From Burkholderiales bacterium (GTDB lineage Bacteria > Pseudomonadota > Gammaproteobacteria > Burkholderiales > Burkholderiaceae_B), in the NCBI GenBank assembly GCA_021300475.1, contig JAJTDO010000010.1, positions 6,533-70,532 of the forward strand: a stretch of 64,000 nucleotides of DNA, given 5' to 3'. The notes beneath the pieces were generated by a model. It was not told where the DNA came from. It made no database searches and worked only from the letters and a program-made list of their open reading frames with translations. Of this stretch, positions 57,252 through 64,000 are shown piece by piece (the stretch's first letter is position 1; each line of letters starts with the position of its first letter). A program made the translations under genes and the position numbers.

Positions 57252-58625
57252 ATGTTGGCAGCGCAGTTTTTCAGGGGAAATATTCAAAAAACCCGGTTTG
57301 CCAACGGCATCAGTCTCGCGCTTGTTTTAATGTTTTCAGCCAACGCACAGGCGCAAGACCTTATTTCAGTCTACCGCCTGGCCTACAGCAACGACGCAGC
57401 GCTGCAATCCGCACGTGCCACGCTGGAAGCCGAACGGGAAAAATACCCTCAGGCCCGCGCCGCTTTGCTGCCAAGCGCAAGCTTGGCCTTTCAAAAGCAA
57501 AACCAGACCAGCGAATTTACCGTGGAAGGCTCACCTCCAGGCCAACCGGTTAAAACCTCACCCAAGGCCTTTGGGCTGACGCTCACACAACCGCTGTTTC
57601 GCCTGCAGGCCTTCGAAACCTTTGAACAAAGCAAATTGCTGGTGAGCAAGGCGGAAATTGACTTCATGAACGCCGAACAGGAACTGGCGCTGAAGGTGGC
57701 TCAAAGCTACTTTGACATTCTCATCGCCAAAGACAATTTGAGCACCCTGCTGAAGCAAAAAATCGCCATCACGGAACAACTGGCTGCCGCAAAGCGCAAT
57801 TTTGAGGTCGGCACAGCCACCATCACAGACCAGCAAGAGGCTCAGGCCCGTTTCGACCTGGCGGTTTCACAGGAAATTGCAGCCAACAACGACTTATTCG
57901 TTAAAACAGCAGCGCTGGAAAACCTGATTGGCGGACCCGCACCAGAATTGTCGCCCTTGCAAGCGGGTACAGCCCTGAAAAAACCTTCGCCCGAAGTACA
58001 AGCCACCTGGGTGGATGCAGCCACAGGCAACAACCTGACGGTCCAATCTGTACGTCTGCTCACCGAAGTCAGCAGACGGGAAGTATCAAAAGCCAGAGCC
58101 GGCCACTTGCCCACCCTTGACCTGGTGCTGGCGAAAAATGAAACATCGGGAAGCCGTTTTGGCCCTACAGTCTCAAGCACCGCCAGCGAATCGGCCACAC
58201 TGCAACTCAATGTGCCCTTGTTCGCCGGTGGCGGCACGCAAGCACGCGTCAGAGAAACCCTGAACTTGCAAAACAAAACCATGGCGGACCTGGAAAGCGC
58301 AAAACGCACTGCTGCACAAACAGCCCGTCAAACCTTCGCAGGGGTCAACAGCGGCTTGGCCCAAGTGGCAGCACTTGAGGCGGCCGAGCGTTCCAGCCAA
58401 TTGGCGTTGGAATCCAACAAACTGGGGTATCAGGTGGGAGTTCGCATCAACATTGATGTACTGAACGCCCAGCAACAACTCAGCAGTACACAGCGCGACC
58501 TTGCACGTGCAAAGTACGAAACCCTGCTAAATGGCTTGAAATTGAAAGCCAGCACCGGGGCACTGCGTGAAGCCGACCTCGCTGAAATTAGCGAATTGAT
58601 GCAAGCCGTTGCTGTAAAACCGTAA
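57252..58625 (+). CDS. tolC: TolC-family outer membrane channel
   Basis: It has a signal peptide ending ANAQAQ and then DLISVYRLAYSNDAALQSA, followed by two TolC repeats. The start is set at ATG 57252, with AAGGAG upstream. The longer ORF from 57075 overlaps the rhodanese gene. Confidence 0.87.
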   Translation: MLAAQFFRGNIQKTRFANGISLALVLMFSANAQAQDLISVYRLAYSNDAALQSARATLEAEREKYPQARAALLPSASLAFQKQNQTSEFTVEGSPPGQPVKTSPKAFGLTLTQPLFRLQAFETFEQSKLLVSKAEIDFMNAEQELALKVAQSYFDILIAKDNLSTLLKQKIAITEQLAAAKRNFEVGTATITDQQEAQARFDLAVSQEIAANNDLFVKTAALENLIGGPAPELSPLQAGTALKKPSPEVQATWVDAATGNNLTVQSVRLLTEVSRREVSKARAGHLPTLDLVLAKNETSGSRFGPTVSSTASESATLQLNVPLFAGGGTQARVRETLNLQNKTMADLESAKRTAAQTARQTFAGVNSGLAQVAALEAAERSSQLALESNKLGYQVGVRINIDVLNAQQQLSSTQRDLARAKYETLLNGLKLKASTGALREADLAEISELMQAVAVKP

Positions 58626-59913
58626 AACTGGTGATGGCAGCACCACGGTGCTGTTTGGCGTAAGCTTGTGCGGCGCTACGCTCTGTTGTGAAACTTGCGC
58701 CCGTCATGCGCTTGGAAACCGCCCAGTCCATGGCGTCTGAAATATTTTCAAATCGCAGCGCTGCGCCCACGGTCAGTGCATCTTCAGAGGCTTTTGCGAA
58801 ATTAAAGGTGTAGGGCCCCAGCAATACCGGGCAGTCGCAGGCGCAGGCCTCAATCAGGTTTTGCCCGCCCAAGGGTGCCCAGGAGCCCCCCATGAAAGCG
58901 ATGTCGGCGCTGGCATAGTAGGCTGGCATTTCACCCATGGAATCGCCCATCAACACTGCAGGCATGCCCGCGACCTGCGGCTTGGGAAAACCTTCGCTGC
59001 GCCGGCTCACAAAAAAGCCTGCCGATTCAAATAAGTCGGCCACTTCGGCAAACCGTTGCGGGTGCCTGGGCACAACCAACAAGGCCGGCAACGCAGTGGG
59101 CAAGGCAGCAGACAGTTGGTGTTGCCAAGCCTGCAACAACAGGCTTTCTTCACCTTCCCGCGTACTGGCTGCCAAAAATACCGTGGAAGTATCCCATTGC
59201 TGACGCCACGTTCGTCCTAAGTCCAAGAGTTCCGGCTTGGGGTTCACATCAAACTTAAGGTTGCCGGCCACTGCGTCCGGCACGCGCCCCAGCCCACTGA
59301 AGGCATTGGCGTCAGCTTGAGTTTGGCAAATCACCACACCAAGGCGCCCCAGCGCAGGTTCTGACAAGGCCCGGTAACGTTGCAATTGTTCTGCCGTGGT
59401 GGGCGACACGCGTGCATTGAGCAAGGCCATGGGCAAATTTTTACGCTCGGCTCCGTGCAGTAAATTCGGCCACAACTCGGTTTCCACCAACCAACCCATG
59501 CGGGCATTCAGTTGTTTGAGGAAGCGATGAACCGCCCAAGGCAAGTCATAGGGCAAGTACACAAACCGCTTGTTGGCAATGTCCCGGAACACCTGCTGCG
59601 CCGTTTCCCTGCCTGTTGGGGTGGTGGATGTGAACACCCACTGCGTACCGGGGTGGTGCTTTTCCCACATGAACACCAAGGGAGCGATGGCGTGGGTCTC
59701 ACCGACCGAAACAGCGTGCACCCACATACGCTTTTCTGAAATGCGCGGCAGACCCGTGGCGCCAAAGAAACGCTGCGCCCAGTCCTGGCGATAGGCGGGT
59801 TGCTTGCGCGCGCGCTTCCACAAATAAAAAGGCACCAGAGGCAAAATCAACAGCAGCAAAAATGTATAGGCCCAGCGGGCCAGCCGTTGTTTCAGTGTCT
59901 CGGGAATTTGCAT
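58588..59913 (-). CDS. waaA: 3-deoxy-D-manno-octulosonic acid (Kdo) transferase
   Basis: The 441-aa product has an N-terminal anchor, plus WVHAVSVGE and GGSWAPLGGQNLIEA. The start overlaps the waaC stop (TGATG). Confidence 0.92.
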   Translation of the reverse strand: MQIPETLKQRLARWAYTFLLLLILPLVPFYLWKRARKQPAYRQDWAQRFFGATGLPRISEKRMWVHAVSVGETHAIAPLVFMWEKHHPGTQWVFTSTTPTGRETAQQVFRDIANKRFVYLPYDLPWAVHRFLKQLNARMGWLVETELWPNLLHGAERKNLPMALLNARVSPTTAEQLQRYRALSEPALGRLGVVICQTQADANAFSGLGRVPDAVAGNLKFDVNPKPELLDLGRTWRQQWDTSTVFLAASTREGEESLLLQAWQHQLSAALPTALPALLVVPRHPQRFAEVADLFESAGFFVSRRSEGFPKPQVAGMPAVLMGDSMGEMPAYYASADIAFMGGSWAPLGGQNLIEACACDCPVLLGPYTFNFAKASEDALTVGAALRFENISDAMDWAVSKRMTGASFTTERSAAQAYAKQHRGAAITSFTVLQQRLASIR

Positions 59914-60875
59914 CAGACCGGCCTTTTAACAAGTTGTTGGGTGGCCTCATACACCTCGTCACAAGAAGGGATGTCGCCCATGTCGCCCAGACTGATGGCA
60001 TTGGGATTAAATTTCGGTGCGTAACGCCACTGTGGCGTTGCAAAAAACAGTGCCACCAGCGGCAACTGCATGGCGCCGGACAAATGCACCAACCCGGTGT
60101 CCACACCCACCACCAGATCAGCCGACTGCAGCCGCAGCGCCAAGGTGCCCAAATTCATTTTTGGCAACACAGTGACATCGTCAATGTGGGCTGCAATGGT
60201 TTCAGCCTGTTTTCTTTCAGCATCCGTGCCCCAAGGCAAACTGATGCGGAAACCATCGGAGGTGAGCTTGGTGGCCAGCAAACGCCAGTTTTCAACCGAC
60301 CACGATTTTTCAGCCCGGGCCGTGCCGTGAAAAAACCAGGCATGTTTGGGTTCGTTCAAGGCCGAAGACTGGGCGGCCACGGTTTGAATACCGAAATCCG
60401 GATCTCCAGACAGGGGGTAATCCAGCAAAGACGCGGTAATTTCACGAAGCCGCTCCACTGCGTGGGAAGAGGCATTCCAAGAAGCGGTTTTTGAATAAAA
60501 ACAGGCCGCCAGCGGTTCACGGGCATGCCGAAATCCGGGCCCCAAACGCGGACCGGACGCCGCTTTTGCCAACAAGGCGCTTTTCATCAACCCTTGCAAG
60601 TCGATGACAGCGTCATACGGCTTGGGAGCCAACTGGGCCCGCAAGCGCTTCCACTGACGCCACAGCTCGGCCACACCCTTTTTTCGCCAAGTGCGCAAAG
60701 CCACCGGAACCACCTCACCCACGCCATGGTGCAAACGCACCAGATCGGCAAACGGCTCTTCCACCATCCAGTCGATCTGCGCACCGGGAAAGGCCCGTCG
60801 CAAATCTGAAAGCACGGGCAATGCGTGAATCACATCTCCCATGGACGTGGTTTTGACGATTAAAATTCGATTCAT
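59913..60875 (-). CDS. waaC: ADP-heptose:LPS heptosyltransferase I
   Basis: It is a GT9 family member, with MNRILIVKTTSMGDVIHALP and GVDTGLVHLSGAM. ATG 60875 is preferred over TTG 60890. Confidence 0.82.
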   Translation of the reverse strand: MNRILIVKTTSMGDVIHALPVLSDLRRAFPGAQIDWMVEEPFADLVRLHHGVGEVVPVALRTWRKKGVAELWRQWKRLRAQLAPKPYDAVIDLQGLMKSALLAKAASGPRLGPGFRHAREPLAACFYSKTASWNASSHAVERLREITASLLDYPLSGDPDFGIQTVAAQSSALNEPKHAWFFHGTARAEKSWSVENWRLLATKLTSDGFRISLPWGTDAERKQAETIAAHIDDVTVLPKMNLGTLALRLQSADLVVGVDTGLVHLSGAMQLPLVALFFATPQWRYAPKFNPNAISLGDMGDIPSCDEVYEATQQLVKRPV

Positions 60876-61017
60876 GCGCGTGAAGGCCAAACCTTAAATT
60901 GCGTTAGCTTCAGATTGTACTGAAGCAGCGGCGCTTGTTTTCCACTTAGAATGCAGACTGCACCAATATTCAAAGAGTTGTGACAATCGTCCCACACACA
61001 AACAACAAGGGTAAACA

Positions 61018-61806
61018 GTGGCACAGAGCTATTTTGTCAGGGAATTGATCAACCTGTCGGCCGTTTTCATCACAAAAAATGCGGCTAGCCAACTGGAATA
61101 TGCCTTAAAAAGCGTGCAGTTTTGCCGCGATATTGTGGTGCTGGACTCGGGCAGCACAGACGGCACACAAGCCTTGGCGCTGCGTTACGGCGCCCGAGTC
61201 TATCAGCAAGACTGGCTGGGGTTCGGTCCGCAAAAGCAAAAAGCGGTTGAATTGGCAAAATTTGACTGGGTGCTGTGTCTGGATGCAGATGAACGCGTGT
61301 CGCAGGCTTTGTCAGACAACATCATCAACACCCTGAAAACACCCGAGCTAACCGCCTACCAGATGCCGAGAAGCAACTTTTTTATCGACAGGTATTTAAG
61401 ACATGGCGAGGGCTACCCGGACTTAAGCCTGCGTTTGTTTAACCGCAAACATGCACGCTGGAGCGACGACGCGGTGCACGAACGGGTGCTGAGCCAAGGC
61501 GCTGTCGGTTTGCTCAAAGGCGATTTGCTGCACCACTCGGCTGAAACGCTGGAAGTTTATTTAAGCAAACAGAACCGGTACACTGAAATTCAAGCCAGAC
61601 AACTGGCTGCTGCAGGCAAACCGCCCGGTTTTGGAAAACTGTTGGTTTCCCCGCTGGTGCGGTTTATTAAATTTTACGGCCTGCGTGGCGGTTTTCGAGA
61701 TGGCTGGCCAGGCTTGGTGCATATTTGCATCGGTTGCTTCAACAGCTTCATCAAATACGCCAAAGCGCGGGCATTGCTGGAAAGCAAAGACCCTGACCAA
61801 CTTTAA
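61018..61806 (+). CDS. family 2 glycosyltransferase (LPS core-associated)
   Basis: It has LSAVFITKNAA, VLDSGSTDGT and the DxD context LCLDADE. It uses a GTG start. Confidence 0.8.
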   Translation: MAQSYFVRELINLSAVFITKNAASQLEYALKSVQFCRDIVVLDSGSTDGTQALALRYGARVYQQDWLGFGPQKQKAVELAKFDWVLCLDADERVSQALSDNIINTLKTPELTAYQMPRSNFFIDRYLRHGEGYPDLSLRLFNRKHARWSDDAVHERVLSQGAVGLLKGDLLHHSAETLEVYLSKQNRYTEIQARQLAAAGKPPGFGKLLVSPLVRFIKFYGLRGGFRDGWPGLVHICIGCFNSFIKYAKARALLESKDPDQL

Positions 61807-62738
61807 ATTTCATAGTCGGCGCCGCCGGCCAGCACCCGGTCAATAAGAACCTGGTTTAACCGGGGTGCAAACAGGCCGATGAAGTCATACATCAATTGCC
61901 GCATGAAAACCCCTTGCCGTATACCGATGCGGGTGGTGTTGTGCCCGAACAAATGCCCCGCCTTGATACCTACCAGCGGATGGTCTTTTTGCGGGTCAAA
62001 CGCCATGCTGGCAATAATGCCCACACCCAAACCAAGGCCCACGTAGGTTTTAATCACGTCAGCGTCAATGGCTTCGAGAATAATTTCTGGGTTCAAACCT
62101 GCCGCCTGGAAGCCAGCGTCAATTTTTCCCCGGCCGGCAAACGCCCTTTCGTAGGTAATCAGCGGATGGGCGGCCAGACTTTGAACACTCAGGGGTTGTT
62201 CCAGCACAGGATGCCCCAAAGGAGCCACCACGCTGTGCTCCCAGTCAAAACACGGCAAGGTCACCATGTCCGGGCTTTGTGCCAGAGCCTCGGTGGCAAT
62301 GGCCAAATCGGCCTGATCAGTTCTCACCCAATCCACCAATTGCTGCGGCACCCCCTGCAGCAGGGCCAGACGAACATTCGGATAGCGCTGCCGAAAACTC
62401 GCCACCACCGGCGGCAGTACATAGCGGGCTTGGGTGTGCGTGGCTGCAATGCGCAGCTCGCCGCTTTCGCGGGCGGCATATTCCGCCCCGATGCGTTTGA
62501 GATTTTCCAGTTCAGCCAAAATTTTTTCAGCCGATTCAACCACCAGACGACCCGGTGCAGTCAGCGCCTTGATGCGTTTGCCGTGGCGCTGAAATATCTG
62601 GATGCCCAACTCCTCCTCCAGCTCAATAATGGCTTTGGAAACGCCGGGTTGGGAGGTAAACAAGGCGCGTGCCGCTTCCGTCAGACTGAAATTCTGACGC
62701 ACGGCTTCGCGGATAAAACGCAACTGATGCAAATTCAT
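61803..62738 (-). CDS. LysR-family transcriptional regulator, CysB/Cbl-like
   Basis: MNLHQLRFIREAVRQNFSLTEAARALFTSQPGVSKAIIELEEELGIQIF closely parallels the CysB N-terminal HTH. It is divergent from sulfur-assimilation genes. Confidence 0.82.
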   Translation of the reverse strand: MNLHQLRFIREAVRQNFSLTEAARALFTSQPGVSKAIIELEEELGIQIFQRHGKRIKALTAPGRLVVESAEKILAELENLKRIGAEYAARESGELRIAATHTQARYVLPPVVASFRQRYPNVRLALLQGVPQQLVDWVRTDQADLAIATEALAQSPDMVTLPCFDWEHSVVAPLGHPVLEQPLSVQSLAAHPLITYERAFAGRGKIDAGFQAAGLNPEIILEAIDADVIKTYVGLGLGVGIIASMAFDPQKDHPLVGIKAGHLFGHNTTRIGIRQGVFMRQLMYDFIGLFAPRLNQVLIDRVLAGGADYEI

Positions 62739-62750
62739 GAATGGCCTCAT

Positions 62751-62861
62751 TGAAGAATTTCTATATTACCCTTTTGAATAACCAAATGGAAAAACTGTTG
62801 TTTGTATAATATAGAGAGTGAATTATCATGTCGGTCTCGTAACAATTGCAGAAAAAGTGCC
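62751..62861. promoter_or_regulatory. A/T-rich divergent control region between the cysB-like gene and tauE-cysI; contains a consensus TATAAT at 62805-62810
   Basis: This is a sequence read only. The -10 hexamer is perfect and no good -35 exists, which fits an activator-dependent promoter. Confidence 0.3.
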
Positions 62862-63653
62862 ATGACTTTGGATTGGGCGTATATCGTTTCCGGATTGGCC
62901 GTGGGTGTACTGGTCGGGCTGACAGGTGTTGGAGGTGGCTCACTGATGACCCCCCTGCTGACCGCTGTATTCGGCATTTCACCTTCTGTGGCCGTGGGAA
63001 CAGATCTGGCTTTCGCCTCCATCACCAAGGGCGCCGGCACCATTGTTCACCGTTTGCGCAATACCGTGAACTGGCGCGTGGTGGGGCTGATGTGCCTGGG
63101 CAGCGTACCGGCCTCCATCCTGACCACCATTTTCCTCATCATGCTGGACATCCACAAAGCCGAAAAAGGCAGTTCCGTCGATTTGTTCATCCGCTACTCC
63201 ATTGCGGTTTGCGTCATGCTGACCGTGGCTTCCCTGGTGTTCAAAAAACGATTGTTGGCCTACCAGATGGCCCGCGCTCATTTACAATTACAGGGTAAGG
63301 CGCTCACCGTTGCGACCGTGGGTGCAGCTGCAGTCATCGGCTTTCTGGTGACCGTGTCTTCCATTGGTGCCGGTGCCATTGGGGCCACCGTTTTAATCAT
63401 GCTCTACCCGAAGCTGACGCCTGCCGAAGTGGCAGGCACAGACATTTCCTACGCAGTACCCCTGACTGCAGTTGCTGCAGCCGGGCACGCTGTGATGGGA
63501 ACCCTGGACTGGAGCCTTCTGGCAGCATTGTTGCTGGGTTCAATTCCCGGTATTTCCATCGGCAGCTATTTAAGCCGTTCCGTTCCCGAGCGTTTTTTGC
63601 GCGGGGTTCTGGCCACCACCCTGACTGCGGTGGCCGCTAAACTCGTCAGTTAA
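62862..63653 (+). CDS. TauE/SafE-family sulfite/anion exporter-like membrane protein
   Basis: It is polytopic, with the repeated motif GVGGGSLMTPLL and a C-terminal counterpart. The start is trimmed to ATG 62862. Confidence 0.8.
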   Translation: MTLDWAYIVSGLAVGVLVGLTGVGGGSLMTPLLTAVFGISPSVAVGTDLAFASITKGAGTIVHRLRNTVNWRVVGLMCLGSVPASILTTIFLIMLDIHKAEKGSSVDLFIRYSIAVCVMLTVASLVFKKRLLAYQMARAHLQLQGKALTVATVGAAAVIGFLVTVSSIGAGAIGATVLIMLYPKLTPAEVAGTDISYAVPLTAVAAAGHAVMGTLDWSLLAALLLGSIPGISIGSYLSRSVPERFLRGVLATTLTAVAAKLVS

Positions 63654-63658
63654 AGACC

Positions 63659-64000
63659 ATGTACCGCTACGACGACTACGATCAAACCATCACCCTGCAA
63701 CGGGTGGCCCAGTTTCGCAATCAAACCGAACGCTTTTTATCCGGTGAACTGACTGACGAAGAATTCAGACCCCTGCGCCTGCAAAACGGCCTGTATATTC
63801 AACGCCACGCGCCCATGCTGCGCGTCGCGATTCCCTACGGTTTGCTGTCTTCACGGCAAGTGCGCAAACTGGCTGAAGTCGCTGACAAATACGACCGCCG
63901 TTATGCCCACTTCACCACCCGCCAGAACATTCAGTACAACTGGCCGGAAGTCAAAGACATCCCCGCCATCCTCGACGACTTGGCGAGCGTGGAAATGCAC
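63659..64000 (+). CDS. sulfite/nitrite reductase hemoprotein (CysI/NirA-like), N-terminal fragment; continues beyond window
   Basis: Own translation gives MYRYDDYDQTITLQRVAQFRNQTERFLSGELTDEEFRPLRLQNGLYIQRHAPMLRVAIPYGLLSSRQVRKLAEVADKYDRRYAHFTTRQNIQYNW. This is typical of the N-terminus of this family. Confidence 0.82.
   Translation, partial: MYRYDDYDQTITLQRVAQFRNQTERFLSGELTDEEFRPLRLQNGLYIQRHAPMLRVAIPYGLLSSRQVRKLAEVADKYDRRYAHFTTRQNIQYNWPEVKDIPAILDDLASVEMH

Noticed and set aside
1-64000. I searched for defence islands, toxin-antitoxin pairs, prophage or integrase genes, rRNA/tRNA genes and riboswitches.
   Set aside because: Nothing convincing was seen by eye. Apart from the TnpB element, every ORF over 150 aa falls into a housekeeping or common conserved family, or is an antisense shadow.

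Overview
The window is a chromosomal core segment of a betaproteobacterium. Gene content and order look Burkholderiales-like: aroQ-accB-accC-prmA, ypjD divergent from ffh, yajC-secD-secF, nrdAB, waaA/waaC/waaF, and tldD-nit-yhdP divergent from glnE. About 60 tightly packed protein genes are almost all housekeeping. They cover aromatic amino-acid and ubiquinone precursor steps (aroG, aroE, aroQ, ubiC-like), cell envelope and LPS core, Sec/SRP, ribonucleotide reductase, fatty-acid initiation, a TetR/RND/TolC efflux set, and the start of a sulfur-assimilation cluster. No rRNA, tRNA, CRISPR array, prophage or recognisable defence island was found. Four things stand out. (1) A stand-alone IS200/IS605-type element (about 41.2-42.7 kb) carries only a catalytically intact-looking TnpB, has hairpin ends, and should encode an omega-RNA. 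It sits between the yajC-secDF operon and msrA. (2) An 820-bp gene-free region between ffh and secF (37106-37924) is packed with nested repeats: a perfect 114-bp inverted-repeat pair, a 205-bp MITE-like unit with perfect 20-bp terminal inverted repeats, a 25-bp tandem duplication, a 9-bp x7 tandem array and G/T-rich pentanucleotide repeats. I cannot assign it to any known RNA or element family. (3) Two core genes, ffh (normally essential) and glnE, are each broken by a short internal deletion plus frameshift that removes a conserved motif. This is either genuine decay or an assembly artefact. (4) An orphan 338-aa ORF lies between aroG and tldD, and a highly repetitive Ala/Lys/Pro histone-H1-like gene lies at 28.1-28.8 kb. 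I saw no convincing multi-gene novel system. The TnpB element and the ffh-secF repeat region are the best candidates for follow-up.
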